A stretch of 62,974 nucleotides of DNA from Faecousia sp. (GCA_045628895.1 JAZQQD010000135.1:1-62974); one strand, 5' to 3'; shown: positions 1 to 9,821, numbered from the stretch's first letter. The notes: generated by a model from the letters alone, not told the origin. Translations and numbers: made by a program.

Positions 1-110
1 ATATGCAGCACCCGCTTTCCTTGCCGAGCCAGCGCGGCAGAGACATTGGAGGAAATGGTGGATTTTCCAATACCGCCTTTTCCGTAAAAGGCGATTTTAA
101 CAGGCTCCAT
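1..110 (-). CDS. NifH/BchL/CfbC-like Fe-protein ATPase, 5' part only (runs off the window); missing from the ORF track
   Basis: Reverse complement reads [36 protein letters not shown], carrying the [10 protein letters not shown] NifH-family P-loop; RBS AAGGAG just upstream. Confidence 0.85.
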   Translation of the reverse strand, partial: MEPVKIAFYGKGGIGKSTISSNVSAALARQGKRVLH

Positions 111-155
111 GTTTTTCTCCTTTTCTATGTAAGTTTTCGGTGCTGCCGGAACAGC

Positions 156-185
156 AAAAAAGCCCCTTTCCGAAAGGAAAGAGGC
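156..185 (-). terminator. Intrinsic terminator in the riboswitch expression platform
   Basis: Minus strand GCCTCTTTCC-TTTC-GGAAAGGGGC followed by TTTTTT, between the aptamer and the ATG at 110. Confidence 0.8.
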
Positions 186-259
186 AAAGAAACACAATAT
201 CCCCCTCAATGGGAGCTGTTTCAGATGCGCTACTTTCTGCGGAAGATACACACCGTTCC

Positions 260-417
260 TTTTGAGCAGGTTTCCTGGCTCACAGATCATCGCAACGCTG
301 CACCTTCTCATCCAAACGGACAATGGCACACGCAGCCTTGCTCCCTGCTTACAGTGACCGGATCGCTCGGGACTTTCACCCGATTCCCTTTTACCCTCTG
401 TTCGAGGCACTCAAAAA
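260..417 (-). ncRNA. Cobalamin (B12) riboswitch
   Basis: Minus strand carries AAAAGGGAA-tcg-GGTGAAA-gtCC, CACTGTAA, GCCATTG, GAGAAGG and the B12 box GAGCCAGGAAACCTGC in canonical order. Confidence 0.9.
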
Positions 418-529
418 GTAAGAATGATTATTCATTTGCGTTGATTATAAATCACAAGAAAGGTACTTGTAAAATTCGAAGTCCCGATGTACAATAAGCA
501 TTACTTATAGTGAAAATGGAGATCATTCT

Positions 530-1459
530 ATGACTTTGGATGAAATTCGATGGGTCGCCAAACTGTTTGAAACAAGGAAAATGTCAAAAGCAGCCGAGGA
601 GCTTTTTGTTTCTCAGCCGGCTTTGAGTCAGTGCCTGCAGCGGGTGGAAAAGCAGCTGGGGTTTTCTCTTTTTGAGCGTTCCAACAAAGGGCTGGTTCCC
701 ACAGAAAAGGGAGTTATGTTCTACGAAATGTCCCAAACCGTAAACAGCACTTATGATGCCTTTCTTGCAAAAGCAGCCATGGCAGATCAGGCTGTCCTCC
801 GTTCCCTTACCATCGGCATGGCGCCTTATCTGAGCTCCGTTATTTTCGGAGACGTTTTGAATACACTGAAGTCTGCCCACCCGGAAATCACATTTTCCAT
901 CTATGAGGCAACCGCGGATGATATGGAAGATGCGATTCGAAGAAACAAGGTTCAGATCGTCATTACCAACAACTCTCTTGTGTCTGCCGACATGATTAAT
1001 CATCCAATTCTGGAAACGGACACGGTTGTTTTTCTCCGTGCCGGCAGCGATGCAAAGCAATTTTCCTACGAAGCGGATGGAAAATCATATCTGGATCCCG
1101 TTCATCTGAAGGATGAGCCTATCATCATTACAAGAACCGGGCAGACAAGCCATGTCATTGCAGAAAACCTGTTCAGGGAATGCGGCATTGAACCCCAATA
1201 TACCCAGGAGACCCGTTCCATTCTGATGCTCTATAAATATGCAAAGGCAGGCATCAGCAGCTCCGTTGGCCCTAAAACTCCGGATATCCAGAAAATAGGC
1301 GATGAAAACGCCCTGATTTTTTCCGTTCCACCGAAATACGAATGGTCGAAATCCCGGATTGTCATCTCTGCCTCCCCGGAAATTGACAAATGCATCCCGA
1401 GGGATATCTATCAAATTCTGGGCAAGATTGTTCGGGGCGTATATTCCAATGAGAAATGA
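530..1459 (+). CDS. LysR-family transcriptional regulator
   Basis: N-terminal HTH (MSKAAEELFVSQPALSQ...LGFSLFER), 309 aa. Confidence 0.92.
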   Translation: MTLDEIRWVAKLFETRKMSKAAEELFVSQPALSQCLQRVEKQLGFSLFERSNKGLVPTEKGVMFYEMSQTVNSTYDAFLAKAAMADQAVLRSLTIGMAPYLSSVIFGDVLNTLKSAHPEITFSIYEATADDMEDAIRRNKVQIVITNNSLVSADMINHPILETDTVVFLRAGSDAKQFSYEADGKSYLDPVHLKDEPIIITRTGQTSHVIAENLFRECGIEPQYTQETRSILMLYKYAKAGISSSVGPKTPDIQKIGDENALIFSVPPKYEWSKSRIVISASPEIDKCIPRDIYQILGKIVRGVYSNEK

Positions 1460-2040
1460 AAGGGATGGTTTCTTTGGCAAAGCAGAAATATTGGAAACTG
1501 TTTACTTCCATTCTGTTTATCAGCGCCTGTACCTTTGGCGGCGGAATGGCCATGATTGCCATGATGCAGCGGCGATTTGTAAAGGAGCTGCATTGGATGG
1601 AAGAGGAGGAAATGCTGGATATTACCGCCATGGCCCAAACCGTTCCCGGATCCAATTTCACCAATGCCGCCATTATGGCGGGCTTCCGGGTTGGAGGCAT
1701 CGGCGGTGCCCTCACTGCCATTACTGCTGCGGTTTTGCCGCCCATGCTGATCATATCCCTTATCGTGCCTGTTTACGGGCAGCTGCGGGATAATCATATG
1801 GCAGCTATTTTCCTGCAGGTCATGCGGGCAGGTGTGGCTGCCTATATTGTGGATATGCTGCTGGGCATGATCTGGAAGCTGCTGAAAAGCCGCAAGCTGC
1901 TGTATATTCTTATGACCGTGGCAGTATTTCTGGCCCGAATGATCCTGAATGTGAATATCTCCGTGCTGTTCCTTACCTGTCTTGGAATCGGTGTTCTGGA
2001 TGTACTCGTCCGCAGCATCGGAAGGGAGGCTGCGGAATGA
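1456..2040 (+). CDS. Short-chain chromate-ion transporter (CHR) subunit
   Basis: TFGGGMAMI and AQTVPG motifs; ATGA overlap with the LysR gene. Confidence 0.85.
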   Translation: MKGMVSLAKQKYWKLFTSILFISACTFGGGMAMIAMMQRRFVKELHWMEEEEMLDITAMAQTVPGSNFTNAAIMAGFRVGGIGGALTAITAAVLPPMLIISLIVPVYGQLRDNHMAAIFLQVMRAGVAAYIVDMLLGMIWKLLKSRKLLYILMTVAVFLARMILNVNISVLFLTCLGIGVLDVLVRSIGREAAE

Positions 2041-2609
2041 TCCTTCTGGAAGCATTTTTGTTTTTTGTGAAAACCGGGTTTCTGAGTATTGGTGGTGGCT
2101 ACGCAGCCATCAACATGATTCAGACCCAAATCGTAGATATCTGGAGCATGATGACCCTGGAGGAATTTGCGGATCTTGTTGCCATTGCGGAGATGACACC
2201 GGGCTCCCTTACCATCAATGCGGCAACCTTCATCGGCAATCGCATGGCAGGCCTGTTCGGCGCCGTGATCTGTACTGCCGGGTATATCCTCCCCGCCGTC
2301 CTCATGTGCACGCTTGTGGCATGGTTTTATTCCCGTTATCGCAGTCTTTCTGCCGTGAACAGAATTCTGGCAGCGGTAAGACCCGCAGTCATCGCTCTGA
2401 TGGCGGCAACCGCTTTGAGTCTGGTATGCCTTACGCTTTTCCAATCCGGTCAGATTCGCCTCGAAAATCTTCGAATTATGGAGCTTCTGCTGTTTCTGGC
2501 AGGGCTGTACATCCTTCGCAAATGGAAGCCCGGCCCCGTTGTGATCATTCTTGGTACCGGTGCTATGGGCACCCTCCTGTATCTGGGTATGGAGATAATT
2601 CTGGGTTAA
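2037..2609 (+). CDS. Short-chain chromate-ion transporter (CHR) partner subunit
   Basis: SIGGGYAAI and AEMTPG...INAATFIG motifs; ATGA overlap. Confidence 0.85.
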   Translation: MILLEAFLFFVKTGFLSIGGGYAAINMIQTQIVDIWSMMTLEEFADLVAIAEMTPGSLTINAATFIGNRMAGLFGAVICTAGYILPAVLMCTLVAWFYSRYRSLSAVNRILAAVRPAVIALMAATALSLVCLTLFQSGQIRLENLRIMELLLFLAGLYILRKWKPGPVVIILGTGAMGTLLYLGMEIILG

Positions 2610-2688
2610 AGATATCGTAAATGGAAGACAGCATTTCAGAAATAGCACCTTCGCAAAATGATTCTATTAAACCCTAAAAATGTTGAAT

Positions 2689-2808
2689 GGGCAGCCCTGT
2701 CATTTGACAGGGCTGCCCTTCTTTTCATTTTATGAACAATGCCGCAAATTGATGTACGCCATACCGCACTCTTTCCGCCGGTGACAATGTTATCAGCAAT
2801 GGGTCACC
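2689..2808 (-). repeat. Repeat copy A: abrB-like 3' end plus GGGCAG(C/T)CCTG hairpin
   Basis: Hairpin GGGCAGCCCTGTCA-TT-TGACAGGGCTGCCC followed by TTCTTTTCATTTTATGAACAATGCCGCAAATTGATGTACGCC; homologous to three other copies in the window. Confidence 0.85.
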
Positions 2809-2898
2809 CTCCCGGAGGTGCATGGTACGGCGGATCTCCTTGGGAATGACAATTCTGCCCAGCTCATCCATCCGCCGTACGATTCCTGTCGCTTTCAT
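2725..2898 (-). CDS. AbrB/SpoVT-family DNA-binding microprotein (57 aa); missing from the ORF track
   Basis: MKATGIVRRMDELGRIVIPKEIRRTMHLREGDPLLITLSPAERVRYGVHQFAALFIK*; first 34 aa match the SpoVT/AbrB N-terminus; RBS GGGAG upstream. Confidence 0.8.
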   Translation of the reverse strand: MKATGIVRRMDELGRIVIPKEIRRTMHLREGDPLLITLSPAERVRYGVHQFAALFIK

Positions 2899-3308
2899 AT
2901 ACTCTATCTCCCTTATCTGTCATTTTCTACATGGGTATTGTTTGCAAATAATGGGAGAATATGCGTATCAATCCTGTCCTGCAAAAGCAAAGGCGACAAA
3001 TCGATTCCAGTGGGGTCGATTTGTCGCCTTCTCAATTTTTATCACGCCTGATGTTAAAAAATGACCATTTCCAAGGTTGCACCATGAATAAATCTATTAT
3101 CCGGTTTTATGCAGAAAAGGGCTGGCTTTCATGGTTGCAGCCACATGAAAGTCAGCCCTTCCTGATCCCCGGAGGTAAAGGTTTCTCCGGAAAACAAACA
3201 GAAAAGAAAAATGGAGGTATTGTCAATTTATTAATGATTGTCTGCAAATTTTTTTCATGTGCGAAAAGGCAATCTCACAGCCAATCAGGTATTAGGAAGG
3301 CAAAACAA

Positions 3309-3467
3309 TCAGTGTTCACACAGTCCGCATTCATTGCAGACACCATCCTTCTCGCAACCCGGCTGCGGACGAAGGGAGAGAAGAAATGCTTTGGACAACT
3401 CTTCCAGTTCTTCCTTCGTTTCCGGTTTTGAGATGGTTTGGCTATTAGTGCAGGACTCGTTCAACAT
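3309..3467 (-). CDS. Putative small Cys-rich protein (start uncertain)
   Basis: Ends ...ELEELSKAFLLSLRPQPGCEKDGVCNECGLCEH* (Cx5CxxCxxC) and overlaps the oxidoreductase stop; RBS spacing is weak. Confidence 0.4.
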   Translation of the reverse strand: MLNESCTNSQTISKPETKEELEELSKAFLLSLRPQPGCEKDGVCNECGLCEH

Positions 3468-4986
3468 TGGGCTTATTGATGTCCTCCTGGAATTCCAGAT
3501 CCAGAGGCATACCATGCTCCTTCTGATACTTAGCCAGCTTTGCCTTGTCGGTGTACAGGCCGTACTCCTTCTCCTCGCAGAGCTGACGGTAGCTGGGATC
3601 CTTTGCCTCAAACTTGGCATTTCTGGGCAGAGGAACATCCTGGTCAACCAGAATATCCTGAACCTTCTTAATGTCCACAGCATGAGCGGTAGTACCGTCA
3701 GCAACAGCAACGGCAGCGGCAACGCCGGCAGCCTGACCGGTACCCACGCACTGAGGAATCAAATCCAGCCAGTCGATGGCGATACCGTCTGCGGACAGGT
3801 GACGGCCGGGACACAGCAGATTCTCCACATTCTTGGGCAGGATTGCACGATAAGGAATCTCCACAGGGCCGCAGTCATTGACCTGGCAGATGGTGGAGTG
3901 CCATGCAATGACGTCCTCATGCTGGATTGCATAAGCAAAATCAGCAGTGGTCATCAGATACTCACCGTCCAGACGGCGGCTGACACGGGTACCCAGCTGG
4001 GGAGCGATATCATACAGGAAAGCGTTGCGGAAAGCAACAGGAACGGCTTCCTTCAGGTAATCCAGCGTCTCACGCATGGTCTTACGAGTGTTCATCTCGG
4101 TCTCGGTCTGATCCTTGACCTTGGAGCAATCCCGGTTGGTATGCCAGTTGTTCATCCAGAAGATGTGGGGATCGCAGGAGGGCATGGGAACGCAGCGGAA
4201 ACCGGCAACCTTCTGCAGGCCGGCACGCAGAGCGTTCATCTCAGCGGGATGAGCCTGCTTCCACTCGTAGTAAGCATCGCCGTCCACGCCGCCGATACGC
4301 CATACCAGAGCGGTGGTATTGGCACGGGTCACGCCGTCAGACATACTGAAGCAGGGAGCGCCTGCACGGGAGTAGATGTCGCCATCGCCGGTAGCATCAA
4401 TGACGATCTTGCCCATAACAGCCTTACGGCCTTCCTTGCTCTCGACGATAACACCCTTAATGGTGTTGCCTTCCATGATGGGAGAGCAAACCCAGCTGTG
4501 GCACATAACGGTAATGGCATCGGAATGCTCCAGCAGCATCTTATCCATTTCGATCTTCAGCTGGTTAGGTTCAAAGTAAACAGAGCGGACCAGGCAGTTT
4601 TCCTTAGCACCGCCGAAGCCGCCGCGGCTCACGGTATCGTGGACAGCCATCCAAGGATGCAGCAAAGCGCGATCGGTGCTGCCGATCTTGTCCAGAGAAG
4701 GAGCGCGAACCGCATTGGGAATGTCCTTCATACGGGTGAACCACTCTTCCTGCAGACCACGGACAAAGGACTTATTGTACCAAGACAGGTTGGGGACCAT
4801 GATCACATAGCCGCCGGTAACATCGCCGCCCATGTAGCCATAGCGCTCCAGCAAAATGATGTTCTTTGCACCGGCTCTGGCAGCAGCAATCGCTGCAGAG
4901 TGACCGGCTGCGCCGCCGCCGACAACCAGAATGTCACACTCGGCGCATACAGGGATCTCTCTGTTCTGTTCCAGATAAGTATTCAT
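3445..4986 (-). CDS. FAD-dependent oxidoreductase (FAD_oxidored-type), substrate unknown
   Basis: DILVVGGGAAG dinucleotide fold, IDATGDGD, EIPYRAILPK-VENLL-PGR motifs. Confidence 0.85.
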   Translation of the reverse strand: MNTYLEQNREIPVCAECDILVVGGGAAGHSAAIAAARAGAKNIILLERYGYMGGDVTGGYVIMVPNLSWYNKSFVRGLQEEWFTRMKDIPNAVRAPSLDKIGSTDRALLHPWMAVHDTVSRGGFGGAKENCLVRSVYFEPNQLKIEMDKMLLEHSDAITVMCHSWVCSPIMEGNTIKGVIVESKEGRKAVMGKIVIDATGDGDIYSRAGAPCFSMSDGVTRANTTALVWRIGGVDGDAYYEWKQAHPAEMNALRAGLQKVAGFRCVPMPSCDPHIFWMNNWHTNRDCSKVKDQTETEMNTRKTMRETLDYLKEAVPVAFRNAFLYDIAPQLGTRVSRRLDGEYLMTTADFAYAIQHEDVIAWHSTICQVNDCGPVEIPYRAILPKNVENLLCPGRHLSADGIAIDWLDLIPQCVGTGQAAGVAAAVAVADGTTAHAVDIKKVQDILVDQDVPLPRNAKFEAKDPSYRQLCEEKEYGLYTDKAKLAKYQKEHGMPLDLEFQEDINKPNVERVLH

Positions 4987-5052
4987 AATTACTCCTTTTG
5001 TGGCACTTCGGTTTAAAAAAGCCGAAGTGCCAATCTGTTATTTCTAAATGAA

Positions 5053-6528
5053 TTAAGCAAAGACATATCCGAGCAGGATACACAGAACGCTGGCCACGAC
5101 CACGAAGAGAATGTTGGTAACAAGGCCTTTGCTCCAGATAAACTTGCCGGTCATTTCCTTACGACCCAGCAGCAGAGGTGCATAAGCGATAGCACCGTTG
5201 GTCATGAATGCACACATACCGCCCAGAATACTTGCAACAGCCAGGATGGAAGCACAGACAGTGCCCTGCTCCTCCAGAGTTGCTGCCATAGGGATGCAGA
5301 TAGCATTGATGGTAAAGCTGACAGGCATACCGTTGGTGAAGTTGGTAAACACAGTGGAGATTGCCACGCAGAGAATAACCAGGATGGGCCACTGAGAATT
5401 GCCCATGATGGGATTCAGGACATTTGCGATAGCAGCCTTGATACCCCAGTCATCAGCAGCGATAGCACGGCCGCAGATGGTGAAGCAGCCTGCAACTGCT
5501 ACGATGCCCCACATGGTCTTATTCTGCAGCAGCTTGACACCGTTGATGAAGGGAGTGCCGTCTGCATTGCGGAACATGCTCAGCAGAGCGAAGATCACAA
5601 TCCAGATCCAGGTAGAACCGATACGGTTGTAGTAATCATAGAGGGCAGTTCCTTTCTTCAGGAACATGGAAGCCAGCAGGAACACGATGGCAAACAGCAG
5701 AACACCCAGCAGGGTTGCCTGCTTCTTGTTCATCTTCATGTCCTCTTCCTTAATGCCCATCTTCTCAAAGTTGAAATCCTTCAGGGCGGACAGGTCGGTT
5801 TTCCAGACAAAGCGGATGAACAGAACATAGCAAACCACGAGACCCAGAACGACAGCAGTTGCACCAATCAGATATGCGCCGCTGTTGAAGGTCAGGCCAC
5901 GGGCATCCAGAATGCCGCGGATCAGAGCAATGGAGGACAGATGCACACCCTTGAAGGGGAGCACATAAGCACCCATGGCGGAGATGTAGGTACCGAGGAG
6001 CAGCTCACGCTTCAGATCGGAATCGTCCTTGATATTGCAGACTTCAGCAATGGAATCGATAATGGGGAAGAACAGCAGGATGATGGTGGTGGGAGAGCTG
6101 ACGAGAGCAGCGCAAACCATGACCAGCAGGAAGAAGATCAGCAGGAAGCGGACGCCATTGCCCTGCATGACCTTCAGCTTCATCATCTTACGAGCCAGGA
6201 CATTGACGGCACCGGACTCGGTAACAGCACCGGTCAGAGCCATAACCCAAATGATCTGCTGGATGGTGGTATCGCCAAACCAGGTTTTGAGCAGGTCATT
6301 GCCGGTGGTGAACTGTCCCCAAACCAGAGCGAACAGGCCCAATACTGCAGGCCAGAAGGTCTCGCCGGTGGCAACCGTTGCGATCAGCACGCCGAAGAAT
6401 ACACCCAGAACGGTGATGCCTTCCGGGGTGATGCCGGCGAAGGGCGGGACGATGACGCGGAACAGGAACATGAATGCCAGAGATACCGCACACCATACGT
6501 AGTACATTGTGTTTTTGGACTTTTGCAT
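5053..6528 (-). CDS. SLC13/DASS-like anion or dicarboxylate permease
   Basis: Many TM segments, VFTNFTN motif; start placed at MQKSK after the GAGAGG RBS. Confidence 0.7.
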   Translation of the reverse strand: MQKSKNTMYYVWCAVSLAFMFLFRVIVPPFAGITPEGITVLGVFFGVLIATVATGETFWPAVLGLFALVWGQFTTGNDLLKTWFGDTTIQQIIWVMALTGAVTESGAVNVLARKMMKLKVMQGNGVRFLLIFFLLVMVCAALVSSPTTIILLFFPIIDSIAEVCNIKDDSDLKRELLLGTYISAMGAYVLPFKGVHLSSIALIRGILDARGLTFNSGAYLIGATAVVLGLVVCYVLFIRFVWKTDLSALKDFNFEKMGIKEEDMKMNKKQATLLGVLLFAIVFLLASMFLKKGTALYDYYNRIGSTWIWIVIFALLSMFRNADGTPFINGVKLLQNKTMWGIVAVAGCFTICGRAIAADDWGIKAAIANVLNPIMGNSQWPILVILCVAISTVFTNFTNGMPVSFTINAICIPMAATLEEQGTVCASILAVASILGGMCAFMTNGAIAYAPLLLGRKEMTGKFIWSKGLVTNILFVVVASVLCILLGYVFA

Positions 6529-6710
6529 AGTACCAATCCTCTCTCTAAATAAAAAAGATTTCATCCGGATTGCAGATACGCCTGAATCCTTTGGATGGGA
6601 TCATACTAACACAAAGACTTTTCCACAAAAAGCATCAATCTTTTCCCATGCAACCGGAAAACCTGACGGAAGCCAAAATCTCTTGCCGTTTTTTGTGCAC
6701 TCTGCCTATA

Positions 6711-7604
6711 TTAGTCCTGTACTTTCGGGGAAACAGCAGCAATAAAATGCTTTACTGCCTCTGAAGTTGGAATGTTTTTATTCCACATCAGAAAAATGGT
6801 AGAGCTGGACAGAAAACGCAGCGGGACCTTCACAAGCTCTGGGCTGGGTTCAAATGTATCATCCGCCAGTATCGCACATGCCTGTCCATCCAGCACCATT
6901 TGACGCAGCAACGGTACGGAAGAGGTGCGCACTGTGACTCGTGGCTGTTTTCCATAAGCCTCAAAGCAGGATTTCAGCGTTTTGGCATAGGGCATGGGTG
7001 CCAAAAGATAACCCAAAGGACAATCCAGAATGTCATGGATCTCCAAGCTTTCCATTTTTGCCAGAGGTGAATCTTTGCGAACCCAGAGCACAGCTTGGTT
7101 TTGATAAAGGGGAACCGCGCGAAAAAACGGCTCATCCTCTCTGTTCACGTGAAAGGATCCCGGAATAAATGCCACATCAATATCCCCTTTTGACAGAAGA
7201 TCCAGGCAGGATGCGGCAGGGGATTCTGTAAGGATCAGTTCCTTGTTGGGATTGTTATGGAAATAATCCCGAAGATACTGCGCATAAATCTGAACACCGT
7301 TGATCGGTGTAACTCCTACGCGAACCCTGCGGGAGTAGGAAAACTCCTTCAGTTCCTGAATTCGGTTCACTACTCCAAAGTAGCTTCCGGAAAAGTTTTT
7401 TGCCATTTCGTATACGATTTTTCCGGCAGGCGTTGGTTCCACTCCATACTTGGACCGAATGATCAGCTCCGTCTGAAATTCTTTTTCCAAATCTGCAATT
7501 GCTCGGGATACGGCTGAGCGGGATACAAACAAAGCATCCGCCGCCTGGGCAATATTACCTGTGTCACAGGTTTTGATATAGTATATAATCTGTATCTGTG
7601 TCAT
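6711..7604 (-). CDS. LysR-family transcriptional regulator
   Basis: GNIAQAADALFVSRSAVSRAIADLEKE HTH. Confidence 0.92.
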   Translation of the reverse strand: MTQIQIIYYIKTCDTGNIAQAADALFVSRSAVSRAIADLEKEFQTELIIRSKYGVEPTPAGKIVYEMAKNFSGSYFGVVNRIQELKEFSYSRRVRVGVTPINGVQIYAQYLRDYFHNNPNKELILTESPAASCLDLLSKGDIDVAFIPGSFHVNREDEPFFRAVPLYQNQAVLWVRKDSPLAKMESLEIHDILDCPLGYLLAPMPYAKTLKSCFEAYGKQPRVTVRTSSVPLLRQMVLDGQACAILADDTFEPSPELVKVPLRFLSSSTIFLMWNKNIPTSEAVKHFIAAVSPKVQD

Positions 7605-7764
7605 AAATACTCCTGCTTAATTCCGTAACTACAGACAAACAAGCGCAATAACGCAATACCATTCCGTTAAACAATCATCCCGAGAGGTGAGATGTCACCT
7701 GTATATCAGGCAGTACATCAGACACCGGCTCGGGATGACCGTTTTCTTAACTAATTAGCCTTGC

Positions 7765-8853
7765 TCAGTAGCCAGGGTTCTCGTTCTTAACAAAGGTACG
7801 CGCCTGCTCCTCGCCCCGGAGGACACGGAGTCCGCCCAGTGCAAGAGAAAGCATCTCGTCCTCGCCGGCATACACGACCACAGGTGCGATAAATTCGCAG
7901 TGCTCGCGGATATAGCCCGTTACATACTTAGAGTAGGCAATACCACCGGTAAGCAGAATCGCATCCACCTTGCCCTTCACATAGGGAGCACACTTAGCGA
8001 TGTTCTTGGAAATGTTCAGTGCCATGGCATCATACACAAGCTTGGCATGCTCGTCGCCCTCGGCAATTTTCTTCTCCACATCCCGACTGTCGGTGGTTCC
8101 CAGATGTGCCATAAGGCCGCCCTGACGCTTTACCAGCTTCATCATTTTGTTGTAGTCGTTGCCTTCCTCATAGCACATCTTAATGATGTCAAACATGGGC
8201 AGGCCGCCGGAGCGCTCGGGAGAGAAGGGGCCTTCCTCGTCGCTGATGAAGTCCACGATCTTGCCCTGATGATGGAGGTTTACGGAGATACCGCCGCCCA
8301 TATGGGCAACGATCACCGTGATATCGCCATAGGCCTTGCCGTTTTCACGGGCATAACGCATGGCTGCGGCACGGGTATTGAGGTTGTGACCCATGCCTTT
8401 ACGGCGAAGCACAGGCAGGCCGGTGATCTTGTTGATGGGATCCAGCTCGTCTACCGTAATGCCGTCGTAGATAAATGCAGGCATACCATATTCCACGCTG
8501 AGGGTACGGGCAATCATGGCGCCTACATTGGAAGCATGCTCATTCTGGGGGCGATTTTTCAGCTGCCACACCATATCGTCGTTCACTTCATAGGCACCGG
8601 CATGGATAGGGGTCAGAAGACCGCCACGGGACACGATGCCATCGAGAGTCGCTACATCCACACCGTGGTTCTTCAGAGTGCTGACAATGAGCTCCTTGCG
8701 GAACTCGTACTGCTCCGCCACATGGTCAAAGGGTGCCAGCTCCTCGGGTGTATGGACAATAGACTCGGTAAAAAGAGGGGTCTCCCCTTCAAAAACGGCA
8801 ATCTTGGTGGAGGTGGAACCGGGATTGATAATCAGAAGCTTTTCCATGGCCAT
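7765..8853 (-). CDS. buk: Butyrate kinase (branched-chain/aryl carboxylate kinase)
   Basis: LIINPGSTSTK, RGGLL, HASNVGA, AHMGGGIS, EGPFSPERSG motifs. Confidence 0.95.
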   Translation of the reverse strand: MAMEKLLIINPGSTSTKIAVFEGETPLFTESIVHTPEELAPFDHVAEQYEFRKELIVSTLKNHGVDVATLDGIVSRGGLLTPIHAGAYEVNDDMVWQLKNRPQNEHASNVGAMIARTLSVEYGMPAFIYDGITVDELDPINKITGLPVLRRKGMGHNLNTRAAAMRYARENGKAYGDITVIVAHMGGGISVNLHHQGKIVDFISDEEGPFSPERSGGLPMFDIIKMCYEEGNDYNKMMKLVKRQGGLMAHLGTTDSRDVEKKIAEGDEHAKLVYDAMALNISKNIAKCAPYVKGKVDAILLTGGIAYSKYVTGYIREHCEFIAPVVVYAGEDEMLSLALGGLRVLRGEEQARTFVKNENPGY

Positions 8854-8858
8854 TCTCC

Positions 8859-9764
8859 TTACTTTGCGGCAGCTGCTGCCATGACGATGGAAAGGTACTT
8901 CTCCTCAGGAGAGGAACCGCGGCTGGTCAGCACGATGGGGCATTTTGCACCCACAATGAAGCCTGCCATTCTGGCGCCGCAGGTCACGGTGAGCATCTTG
9001 CCCATGATATTGCCGGCATGGATATTGGGAGCCACCAGCACATCGGCATCACCGGCAACGGGAGATACGAAGCCCTTGAAGTCAGCGATTTCCTTGCTCA
9101 TAGCGCAGTCGTAGGAGATGGGGCCTTCCACGATGCAGCCGGTGATCTCACCGTTCTGATTCATCTGCTTCAGGGCATCTGCCTCCACGGTTTCGGGCAT
9201 CTTGGGGTTCAGCTTTTCTACGCAGGCCAGCACGCCAACCTTGATTTCGTCATAGCCCATATCCTGCAGGGTGCCCACTGTATTTTCGATGATTGCCTTC
9301 TTCTGTTCCAGAGTAGGATAAGGCACCATACCGCCGTCCACAGCAACCAGCAGCTTGTGATAGTTGGGAATCTCGAATGCAGTGAAATGACTCATAACAC
9401 TGCCCTTGCCCAAACCGGTCTCCTTGTTAACCACAGGACGCAGCATAACGCTGGTATCCAGCTTACCCTTCATGAGCAGATCAGCCTTGCCTTCCCGGAC
9501 AAGCTGAACAGCAAACTTGGCAGCCTCAGCAATATCGGGAACATCATAGATGTCCTCTTCGGGAACAGACTGGCCGAAATGTGCCAATGCGGCATCAATA
9601 GCAGCCTTGTCACCCACCAGCACGGGGGTGATGATTCCCTCAGCACGAGCATTGAGCACTGCCTCGATGGTATGCTCGTCGCCTGCGGCAGCCACAGCCA
9701 TACGGGCTGCATTGGGTTGAGACTTCATCTTTGCAATGAGTTCATCGAAGTTTTTATAAAACAT
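8859..9764 (-). CDS. ptb: Phosphate butyryltransferase / phosphate acyltransferase
   Basis: LMKG, EGPIS-D-A, GNIMGK, PIVLTSRG motifs; directly upstream of buk. Confidence 0.92.
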   Translation of the reverse strand: MFYKNFDELIAKMKSQPNAARMAVAAAGDEHTIEAVLNARAEGIITPVLVGDKAAIDAALAHFGQSVPEEDIYDVPDIAEAAKFAVQLVREGKADLLMKGKLDTSVMLRPVVNKETGLGKGSVMSHFTAFEIPNYHKLLVAVDGGMVPYPTLEQKKAIIENTVGTLQDMGYDEIKVGVLACVEKLNPKMPETVEADALKQMNQNGEITGCIVEGPISYDCAMSKEIADFKGFVSPVAGDADVLVAPNIHAGNIMGKMLTVTCGARMAGFIVGAKCPIVLTSRGSSPEEKYLSIVMAAAAAK

Positions 9765-9821
9765 AGACTTTGCTCCTTTGCGTCTTTTAGATTTTCATTG
9801 ATTTTTTCAGAAAAAGGAATA

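Noticed and set aside
1-110. Evidence of nitrogen fixation
   Set aside because: Only 36 codons are visible, no nifDK in the window, and B12 control argues for a non-fixing paralog.
3-497. 164-aa plus-strand ORF
   Set aside because: Antisense to the NifH-like gene and the cobalamin riboswitch; no recognisable motif.
530-2609. Chromate-resistance island
   Set aside because: Paired short-chain CHR genes are common in Firmicutes; no chrB or other metal-resistance or mobility genes nearby.
2818-3431. Plus-strand ORFs 2818-3051, 2822-3064 and 2961-3431
   Set aside because: They are antisense to the abrB-like gene or run through intergenic hairpins; no recognisable protein features.
3238-5016. 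592-aa plus-strand ORF
   Set aside because: Shadow frame antisense to the FAD oxidoreductase, explained by codon bias.
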